In this document: positions 1 to 10,900 of the stretch, piece after piece
Numbering within the stretch: position 1 is the stretch's first letter
Layout of the letters: each line of letters begins with the position of its first letter
Source of the DNA: Chrysomallon squamiferum
Lineage: Eukaryota > Animalia > Mollusca
NCBI GenBank assembly: GCA_012295275.1
Contig: CM022665.1
Location: forward strand, 33,666,001 to 33,730,000
DNA: 64,000 bases
Direction: 5' to 3'
Notes under the pieces: model-generated
Database searches by the model: none
The model's input: the letters and a program-made list of their open reading frames with translations, nothing else
Told to the model about the DNA's origin: nothing
Made by a program: the position numbers and the translations under genes

Positions 1-1800
1 ATTCAGATAACTTTGATCACCATGCACAGAGCACTACAAAAATGGAGAAAAAAAAACAGGTTGGCCACCAAGTGACTATGGCCAGAATTTCAGAATCGAC
101 TTAACTGTGCTGAAAACTGAAAATACTAGATGCCTTGTAACTTTAGCTGCTAACATATTAGAGGAGTTGTCACTTGTCTTCGAGGAAGAAAAAAGGCAGG
201 AGATATTTTTAGACTTATCTCCAAAAAATCAATGGACTCATGTCTGACAGAGCAGCAGCCATGAAGAGCTATAAATGTTCACCAACCTCAGAAAAGACCT
301 CATGCATCTGGAGTTCCTGTTTCCTATTTCCTAGATTGTATAAATGCTGTGGACAAAGCCTTCAAATTGATACACGGGAAAAGAATGCTTAGCAATGTTT
401 GCTGGATCCAAAAGAGAACATCCTGCTACCAATCTCATGTGGCTGCCTATGACTGTGAGGGGATGAGAAATTTGGATGCAGGGAAAACAGGCTTGCATAA
501 TGTATGTTAAACCAGTTGAAGTCTGAAATAATTTTTCTTTAAAGGTAACAGATCCAACCTCTTTGAAGCCAGTGCAAGTCTCCCTTTTCACTGCCAAGAA
601 ATCCTTGGTTTCAAGGAGTCCTGAATGACAGCAATGAACTGGAAGCAAGACGATATCCTTGTTGACAACAGATTTGACACAGGTAACATGTTGCCCGTGA
701 CCTGCTTTTCTACCTGGCGGAGTCTCTACTTCTATACCTACATGGTCATGATGAAGATTTTGGAAATATAAAGCATTTAATCATAATTTTGCACAGTGTA
801 TTAACTATTAATATAATCATTAATTTAATGATCCTGAAAAATGGCAGATGCTGACCTGACTGTACTTACAAAATAAATGTAAACAACAACTGTATACATT
901 CTTTCATACTTGTTTCTCTCCTGGAGTGAGGTTTGGGACTGCAATCAGGATTTTTTAAATAGTAAAATAGATATACTGCAGTAAAAACAGTGCTCCTATT
1001 TTCCAGATGGGCTGCACATTGATGGTAATAGGAAACAAAAAGTCTGTGTAATGCTCAAGACACTGAAAACAATTCCAAGCTGAACAACACTGCCAAAGAA
1101 CAGTGTCTTGGGGACCTAGATTTCAGCATGTTTAACAAAGGGAATATCTCTGCATGTTAACACCAGCATCAACATTCTGAAAAGAACCAAGAACATGTCC
1201 AACTGGTTCTCCACACAAGCAGCTCAACAACAAACGGCAATGCTGTACCTGGTAACTTCACAAGCAAAAGAGCTGCAAAAAACCCACCACACTGCTGAAG
1301 AAGTCAGTGCTTTAGCAAATAGACAAGAAGCTGTGAGAGAAAACTGTGCAAGGAAGGCTGCAGCTGATGAGGGACAAAAGCATAAAAATGAATTCATAGT
1401 TAAGAGGTTGTCCCTCCACAGAGGACCTTGCAAGACAGGAAATGTTGACCACTTGTTGAAAGTCTATGCAGATCATCTCGCTTCTCTCAAAACTAAGTCC
1501 AGTACCAGACACTTATAATGATTGTGAAATGACCACTATTTAAAACAAGTCAGAAGCGGTCTAAGCAGTTTCTTGGTGTTAGGGCAAAACAAAATGTACC
1601 AGTTAGACGAAGAAAGAACTTCCAAGAAAATGTGACTTCACAACAGTGGCAAATGTTTCTCCTACCAGAATATTCAACCTGGCATGGACTTAGTCATTGA
1701 CCATGAAGACAATTGCTATGTAGGAGAAATTCTTACGATTTTACATCTTACAGGTGCAAAACAAATTATTTACCCAACTCTGTCAGAAAAATATGCCAGA
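1..1800 (+). pseudogene. Decayed DDE-type DNA transposase relic (superfamily unassigned)
   Basis: Frameshifted fragments: ENTRCLVTLAANILEELSLVFEEE (~120-190), KKINGLMSDRAAAMKSY (ATG at 240), EQCLGDLDFSMF (1098), TSINILKRTKNMSNWF running into ORF 1195-1518. The pattern resembles second-Asp and catalytic-Glu regions of hAT/P/Kolobok-like transposases (recognised from memory, not searched). Confidence 0.55.
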
Positions 1801-3144
1801 AAATATACCATTGTATATATCATTTGAATCACTGGAGGTAGTCATAATTTTATTTCATTTTGTTGGGGTTTTTTTTGCTAATATTTATCTAAAACGACAG
1901 ACTGATAGTAATGCATTTACTTTTTAAATAACAAAATGTTATGGAATATTTATTATTTCTGTGCTTTAGACAAGACTGAATACAAATTAGATATCACAAC
2001 TTACCTGTCAAGTAAATTGTAAATATTATCATTATATATTTAGGTATGTGCAGACACTTTTCCCTAATTAGCTTTTCATTGGTTCACATTATGTTATTTC
2101 AGGAGGATTCCACCATAAAAACACAGGTGGGAAATCCATGAACATTCTTGTTTTTGAATATTTTGATCTGATTGTTTTTCTGTATCAATGCTGATTTTTT
2201 AAAAATTCTCAATTTTTGACATGCTTGAATTGCTTAAGTTGAACATCAAACATGAATGAAAGGTAGTTGGTTATATTATAGTTTTTCATCTTATTGTCTT
2301 TGAAATTCTATCAAGAAATGACAAGTCTAACACATGTTATCTTGCTCAGTTCAGCAATGAATAGTCAAAGTGTATTGGAGGACCAAAATTCCTGCTTAAT
2401 GACTTGTGCCTGAGGATGGATTATGTTGACTTATTCCTCTTAAATGACTTATATATTACATAATGATGGAAAAAAGATGTCCCTAATGTTATATTGGTAT
2501 TTATCATCCATAACTGCGTCTAGTTTCAGATGACTTGGGATTTTAAAATGGTCATATGCTGTAGTCTTGTTTTAATTTTTACAGGTCATTCAACCATATT
2601 TTGCATTCCTTTTTAGTTTTTTCTTTTTTAAATGATCAGGGCTAGGTTTTGCCCAGAATTACTGGTTCTTTGGGTTAATTTTTCTAACTTAATTTGAACC
2701 ATTTTTATACTCTTGCCTTCTCTACTCATTCATTTATTAAGCATCATCTTTCTAATTTTCTGAAACTCTTTTGAAGCTCATTGTTTCTTTCCATTTTTGA
2801 TGCCTTTGAACAAGAATAAACACGGCATCATCAAACCTAACACCCAATCAGGCTTAGCTAGACAGCATCTTCAAGAAAATTATTCCACAATGCCTGCAGC
2901 AGATCAATTTTTGAACAGACATGTGCTATTTATTTATACCATCTATGATTATAGTCAAACAAAGGCCATCAATAAATTATGTTATCATTTGTCACCTGAA
3001 TCTGCACTAATTCCTAGACCTACTCTATTGAGACTTACTGACGGAATTCAGTAATCAACATGATGTTTTTCAGAATTTATCTGAAACATGTGATAAAGTT
3101 GCAATCCACAACTTGTCACTGTTTACCCAGACATGATACACTGG

Positions 3145-5301
3145 GTAGTTTGAAAAATAACTGATACAAAAGACTTAAAATCAACTCGTTAAATGAGCTC
3201 ATTTTTTTCAGACCTGTATATTTGTATCTGTGTTCACAATAACATGCTAAACATGCCAAAATCTTCAAAATGACACACAACAGAATGCTCCTAAAATGAT
3301 TAAAAGTGCAAACAGACACTGTGATTTCAGTTTTGGTCTTATTTGAAAAATGCAACCAGTATTGTGAACAATTTGTCAAGCTCTTTCAAATGACATACTT
3401 GAGTCTAACATTTTTAATAAAAAATCTTTTTCCTGCCAAGCCCATAAAAAAAATTACTTTTCTATTTGAAGTAAAAATGTGAGTCAGTGCTCAATTCAGT
3501 CCACAGGAACCATGTATTCTCTGGCACTGTAAGCCTCAAAACTTTGAGAAAATAAGTCGGGGTAGTTTCAGCAAGAATTAATTAGAATTTACCATTTATT
3601 TGTTGTTGTTTATAGTTTATATAGCAGCTGATCTGCCACTGCTGCAGTCATTGAAAGAATTATCATAATTAATTTTTTATTTATAGCTTAACATGTTTGA
3701 ACTTCAGAGATATATTGCATTTTAAGGTAGTTAAATGACACAAAGGTGGTCATTTAAAAGAAAATCAACAAAGAACCCTAACTGATACGGGTTAAACACC
3801 TTTATTTACATAAGATTGAATTTTCACTCTGTTAAATAATTAGTAGTAACAATTTAAAATACTGTGATGTGTATATATAAATGTTACTTAAAAGGACTAG
3901 ATATTTAACTATAATCTTCTGCAATACATAAAATCAGCTAATCCTTGGAGTCTATCCCAGATAGATGTTGCAGGTATTAATTAGAAGCAATAAAATGTAT
4001 GTAATCATGAGACTTGATGCAATTAAAGACACAGGTGTGACAAGTCTGTCATTTGAAGCAGAAATAAAATAATTTTTGTAGCTTTATACTTGCTGTGATT
4101 TGATAGCAAACAAAAGTTAACTATCATCTGACCATTGCAGAAATTCTGAAACAGATTAATTTATGATTTTATGATATTAAAAAAGGTGATTAGTTTTTTG
4201 TATTCAGCATTTTATCAATAACTCTGAATACATTGTTCTGTTATGTAGTATAGTTTGTTATGTTTATGATTCTTAATTCGCTGTTTATAACAAGAATTTC
4301 GAAAGCAAAATAATCGAGTTTCAGTACGGAAGATAGCAATCATCAAAATACAATGTTAATTTGTTTATTTCAGAATGTATTCATATTATATACAGTAGAC
4401 GTCATAACATATAATAAAACATTCATCCTACAAGATATTAAAAATATAATCAACATAGAAATCTAATCGTTTCAAACCACACCAGTTATTTTTGTTTGCA
4501 CATAAAATCAACAGCAATTTGGCCCAATAGGAAACAATTTACTGCAATTTCACTATGCACATGCTATAATGTATACAATAAAAATAGGAACATTGCAGAA
4601 AAACATACAGCCAACAAGTTATTAAAAATATAAACAACATATAATCATTTCAAAGAGTGCCAGTCCTTTCTAGTTGTACATAAAATCTATTCGCTCTGTA
4701 GAAAATATAACTCTACAACTATTTTGCTAAGCACATGCTTCTTTCAAATGCAGAGATATTTTACGCCAAAGAAGGCACACTGCAGAGTCGCACCTTGCTT
4801 GAATGGTAATTAAATGAGCTTTCATTTGATCCTGCGAATACTGTTTTATAAACTGGTTTGAAGGCAAGAAAAGGTACATTTTTGGACAACTTTTGATATG
4901 AGCCATTGCCAGCGAAGACATGCTCATTCTTAGGAAGACTGAACTTTGACCCTCCTAGCTGAGCTAAAAATAACACTGAAGCCATTTTGGCTTAGACAAG
5001 CAACGTTGGCATTTGTAGAGTGACACTATTTTAGGATGTTTTACTCCACACTGTTAATTGCTGACCATGGCTGCTGAAGTGTGTTTACCACCACCATGTT
5101 TAACACTCTCATGCAAAGGACCGATTTAACACACAATAAAAATAACATCACTATTTAAAAGAACACATAATAATCTTTATTTCCATGTATTTGTTTTTTA
5201 TGGTAGATTTTATAGAACAGATTTGGGAGTGGAGGAAAATGGACAAAATCTGAACTTTTAACAGCTCTGACCAATTATACTGGCTAGGCTACTGGTACCT
5301 A
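3145..5301 (-). mobile_element. Non-autonomous DNA transposon, truncated copy inverted relative to 8035-10487
   Basis: Its reverse complement aligns by eye with 8035-10279 (e.g. near-identical ORFs 3116-3379(-) and 10026-10217(+)). Ends in ...ACTGGTACCTA at 5301 and lacks the last ~200 bp of the other copy. Confidence 0.8.
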
Positions 5302-5319
5302 CATTGTGTATCAGTTCAC

Positions 5320-6010
5320 ACTGGGGAGAAGGTTCAGATGAAACTGCCATTCTAATACTGTTCCTGCTCAAGTTGGAATGTATGTGCCTGCAGCTAAAGA
5401 CAACTCCTTTTTTATGAATATTATGAAGAGTTGTTTGGATTCACTTGTTGATGTCCCTGAAAGCCAATATCACAAATATTTCAGTGTGACCTCACCAAGA
5501 GGCTGAGGGATGAGACTAGATGCCATAACACTGAATCAGAAGTGATCATGGGAATGTTTAATTCTTTACAAAAGAAACCTCCAAATGCTACTCTGTTACA
5601 TCTTATGTAAAATTAGGGCCATCAAAAACTGGACAGTAGATTACCTTGATGAATTAGACAGGAAGAGGGTGAACAAATTATTAAGACAGCAAATCTTATG
5701 CGTCAACAACAAAGCCATAACAGGCATATCAGGCAAAACAATCTGAGAAAAGAATAAAACATGAACAAAGTGGAGAAACTACTGAGGATTAGATCACTGA
5801 ACTTTTATCTGGAAATTCAGTTGGCAATATAATTTGCCATACATGGGCTGAGGAAGGCGAAAGAATCATCTAGAATGGAAACACAGAAAAGATTACAGCC
5901 AAGGGCAAAAAGAATTGTTGCTTACTGGGGTCTGAATAAATCTTAGGCAGATACAGTGGACTATGAATATTCATGCTCTTGCTACAGATCTGAGGATGAT
6001 CTGACTTTAT
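5320..6010 (+). pseudogene. Second decayed DDE transposase fragment (C-terminal catalytic-Glu region)
   Basis: From 5521: CHNTESEVIMGMFNSLQKKPPNATLLHL, frameshift, then KIRAIKNWTVDYLDELD. Same motif layout (N..E..G, then KN/NK.T..W/YL) as the relic at 1098-1210. Confidence 0.5.
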
Positions 6011-6599
6011 AACATTTATATTAGTTTAATGAACTCTATTAGTATTTGAATTTCTGTCCATTTGAAATTATGAGCAAACACTTGACTTTTATTTCAAAAC
6101 AAATTGCATTATGTTCACTATTTGTGACTGGACATATTGAAAATTGTTGTTTTAGCTTTATTTCAATCTTAAATGCCAATTTAAAAAAAGTTAACTTAAA
6201 TATAAAAAATAAATTAATCAATTATTTCTTTTTCATTTTTACAAATATAATCAACAGCAGAGACTGGCATCTCTCTTTCATGAAAATTTCGTCAAGAAAG
6301 CTCGATTATTAACAAAGAAGGAAAGAATGTTAAAAATTACTGTCATAAACCTCTGAAGTAGTGCTTAACTAAAGGAAAAAAAGCACTTGTTTGTTACGGG
6401 ATTTGAAATTCCTTTTACTTCCTTAATAATAATATTCAACATGTTCACATGATCTTTTTATCATTTTAAATGGGATTCGAAGTTCGAAGTTCCTAATAGT
6501 AATATATTACATCTCTAAAATAAGCAAGTATGGTACTTTATGAATATATAGAGATAAACATTTATAAATGTTTTATTCTGCAACGATTTCCAATCTAAT

Positions 6600-6760
6600 A
6601 AACCTTACGCCCGTTCCAATTGAACTCATCTTCTTTTCTTCTTTCTCACGCAGTTTGCGGCGTCATGCACTCTCTTTTAATTTCCGGTAGAAATCTAAAA
6701 TTAATATCTGAGTCGAAACAGGATTTATTCTGGTTCCATGATATTCAAAATAGGTTGAGA
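6600..6760 (+). promoter_or_regulatory. Probable RALGAPB promoter and non-coding first exon
   Basis: Local CpG cluster in a CpG-depleted background (GCGGCGTCA with a CRE half-site, TTCCGG ETS core at ~6682). Possible donor AG|GTTGAG at 6753/6754. The first coding exon has its own acceptor at 7744-7745, which requires an upstream exon. Confidence 0.45.
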
Positions 6761-7795
6761 GAATTATTACATTTATTTCCTTAAATTCATTTTGTGTAAA
6801 ATTGTTACTATTATAACTTAGAATAATATATTTTTACTTTCAGAAATACAGAATTTTTTTGACATTAATGTGTTCTCTCCCTTCCATTCTCTCTGAAATA
6901 AGCCGAAACCGCTATATATTTATTTTCATATTTATATACTTCCTGTCTGGAGGCAAACGATAAATATTTGTTTAACACAATGATAAATTACAATTATTTA
7001 GAAGGTTGTATTTATTTCATTGTATTTGTTTCAGAATTTTGCAATGCAGATATCATTTGATAACATGGTTACTTTAGGAATTAATGAAATAAGCAGATAT
7101 TACATTACTTTTGTTTCATTTAATTTTAGATTTCTTTAACTTTAAAATTAGGGAAGAAGTTAAAATCCATTTCATATTTGTATTACACATATTAAAACTG
7201 ACATATAAGCAGTATCATTTCTAAGAACATTTCAGATTAAGACAAATATAAAGGTATTAATTTACATATTTCTGTTAATTTTAATTTTTCCTTTTTATGT
7301 AGATATATGCCAGATGTTTATCTAACCTTATCGATGAAGTTGATGTGGAAAATTGGATTTCCATTTATTGAACAAACACTTACACTGGTTGACGAATTAG
7401 ACAGTCCAGTTTGCTTTATCTGCTGCTTAACTATTTAATAAATTAGATCTACTGAAGTACTATCTAGGCAGGTCTCATTAGTATTCAACTTTGAATTGTC
7501 TATATACACTAAAGTACTAAAATAAAGGCTCCAAAAATCATAATTATGTATAATCATAATGAATATTAGTCATAGTGTTAGTGATCTGTTAAAAATAACT
7601 TCTTGCATTTTATTTGACATTTATATTTTTTGCATATGATTCTCAATAAAACTGTTTTTATTGAGGCCTTCTGTTTACAGAAATATGAATGTTAAATCAT
7701 AAAATTATTTTAAATAATATTTATTATGGTTTTTATTTTTTCCAGAGATGTGCAAACAAAGGTAACCATTCCATCCATAGGCCAGAATTTTGGCT

Positions 7796-7999
7796 ATGTA
7801 TTCTGAGTGGGGATCTCTGCAGGATGAGATTCAGAGTGGGAAAGGAAAGACCTCTGTTTTGAATAACTTCCCACCTAATGTTGGCAGGGATGTGGCAAAT
7901 GTTGTTGTTCGATCCATTGCAGGTAACCTCAGCCTTGCAGCTGCTAATGATGAGCCCAGCGGTTTGAAGCATGATAAAGATGTAAAATGGACAATGGAG
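7796..7999 (+). CDS. RALGAPB: RALGAPB coding exon 1
   Basis: MYSEWGSLQ...DVKWTME|GTATGT; acceptor ttttccAG at 7745. Confidence 0.93.
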
Positions 8000-10900
8000 G
8001 TATGTATTATTTGTAAAACATTTAGGTATGCACATAGGTACCGGCATCCTAGCCGATATAATTGGTCAAACTGTTAAAAGTTCAGATTTTGTCCATTTTC
8101 CTCCACTCTCAGATCATTCTGAAAAATCTACCATAAAAAAATATACATGGAAATGAAAATCAGTGTGTTCTCTTAAATGTTGATGTTGTTTTTATTGTGT
8201 GTTAAACCAGTCCTTTGTATGAGAGTGTTATATACAGTGGGGGTAAATGCATTTCGCACCCATGGTCAGTAATTAACAGTGTGGAGTAAAAAGTCCTAAA
8301 ATAGGGTTGCTCTACAAACACCTGGCTTGTTTATGTGAAAATGGCTTCAATGTTATTTTTAGCACACTGGGAGGATAAAAGTTTGATCTTTCTAACAGTG
8401 TGCATGTTGTCACTGGTAATGATTTATATCAAAAGTTGTGTCCATAAATGTGCTTTTTCTTGCCTTCAAACCAGTTTAAAAAAAATCTGGCTGAAAATAA
8501 AACCTACGTTTGCCAGATCAAAAGAAAGTTCATTCAATTATCTTTCGAACAATGTGCAACACTAAGGTGTGCCTTCTTTGGTGTAGAGAAGCTCCACATT
8601 TGAAACTAGCACATGCTTAGCGAAATCACCATTAAGTTACATTTTCTACAGAGCAAAATCACCATAGATTTTATGTACAACTTGAAAGATCTGGCGCTGT
8701 TTAAAATGATTATAGATTGTTTATATTTTTAATAACTTGTTGGCTGTATGTTTTTCTGCAATGTTCCTACTTTTAGCATATACATTATAGCATGTGCATA
8801 GTGAAACTGCAGTCAATTGTTTCCTATTCGACTAAATCGCTGTAGATTTTATGTGCAACTAAAAAGAACTGGCACTTGAAACGATTATATGTCTGTGTTG
8901 ATTATATTTTTAATAACTTGTAGGATGAATGTTTTATTATATGTTATGACTTTTACTCAATATAATATGAATGTGTTCTGAAATAAACAAATTAACATTG
9001 TGTTTTGCTAATTACTATCTTCCATTCTAAATCAGTGGATTATTTTGCTTTCAAAATTCTTGTTATAAACAGCGAATTAAAAATCATAAACATAACAAAC
9101 TATACTACATAATGTATTCAGAGGTATTGATGGAATGCTGAATTAACAATTAATCAAAATTTTTTTACTATCATAAAATCACAGATTAATCCGTTTTAAA
9201 ACTTAGATATCTTTGCTTGTTGATAAGCTCAATCAGAGAAAATTTCAACAATGGTCAGATGATAGTTAACTTTTGTTTGCTGTCAAATCACAGCAAGTAC
9301 AAAGCTAAGAAAATTCTTTTATGTCTGCTTCAAATGACAGACTTATCACACCTTGTCTTTAATTGCCTCTTGTCTCATGATTACATACATTTTATTGTCC
9401 CTGATTAATACCTACAGCACCTTTCTGGAGTAGACTAAGGATTAGCTGAGTTTATGTATTGTAGAGGATTATAGTTAAACATCAAATGCTTGTAGTCCTT
9501 TTAAGATACTGTGATATGGATATATACATATATATGATATATCCATATCACAGTATCTTAACTTATTACTACTAATTATTTAACAGAGTGAAAATTCAAG
9601 CTGCTCATGTAAATAAAGTTGTGCTGTTCTTTCAAATGTTCACCCCTGTGTCATTTAACTGCCTTAAAATGCAATATGTCTCTAAAATAAAATGCATCTG
9701 AAGTTCAAACATGTTAAGCTATAAATAAAAAATTAATTATGATAATTCTTTCAATGACTGCAGCAGTGGCAGATCAGCTGCTATATAAACTATAAACAAC
9801 AACAAATAAATGGTAAATTCTAATTAATTCTTGCTGAAACTACCCCGACTTATTTTCTCAAAGTTTTGGGGCTTACAGTGCCAGAGAATACATGGTTCCT
9901 GTGGACTGAATGGCGCACTGACTCACATTTTTACTTCAAATAGAAAAGTAATTTTTGTTATGGGCTTGGCAGGAAAAAGATTTTTTATTAAAAATGTTAG
10001 ACTCAAGTATGTCATTTGAAAGAGCTTGACAAATTGTTCACAATACTGGTTGCATTTTTCAAATAAGACCAAAACTGAAATCACAGTGTCTGTTTGCACT
10101 TTTAATCATTTTAGGAGCATTCTGTTGTGTGTCATTTTGAAGATTTTGGCATGTTTAGCATGTTATTGTGAACACAGATACAAACATACAGGTCTGGAAA
10201 AAATTGAGCTCATTTAACGAGTTGGTCCTAGCACTCTTGTTGATTTTAAGTCTTTTGTATCAGTTATTTTTCAAACTACAGTTGGTCAAAGTTGCCCTTT
10301 CTGATAATGTGCCAAAATATGGTTGAAAACGGACCAAAATACCTGTTCTACCAGTCTGCATATATCTTCTGAACCGCTGGACATAGAGTCATAATTTTTG
10401 GTGTGTTTTGTTTCTTTTTGCCACACCTTTCATTTTGTTCAGATTACATGAAATTAAAGTTAGAAAAAAATTGCCTGATGGTACCTAATGGATATATATC
10501 TATTATATGTATGTATCTGTATATAAATTACCAAAAATACCAAGATAACACAAAATACTAATAAGAGTGTCTGTTACCTAGAAAATGTTCAGAATAATCA
10601 CTAATGAAATGAATATATATATTCTATCAATATGGAAAGGAAGAGAGTTAAAAATATATTGTTATATATCATTTCTCTGTGTGGCTTATTTATGTGTTGC
10701 ATACAAATTTGTTTAATGCAAAAGTATAAGCCAAGTATAAGAAAACATGAATAATTCTACTTGCTAAATTGGGAACTATTTTGAAATTAGAACTAATGTG
10801 TTTAGTAAAGTATAGAAATAAGCAGTTTTATTAACACTTTTTATTGTGAACAAGGTTCTGTGTTTTGGTTTGGGGCTACCTCTCACTGAACATGAAACCA

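Noticed and set aside
3116-3379. Duplicated ORF MTNCSQYW (also 10026-10217) as a gene pair
   Set aside because: Non-ATG (TTG) start and differing C-termini; it only reflects the inverted repeat.
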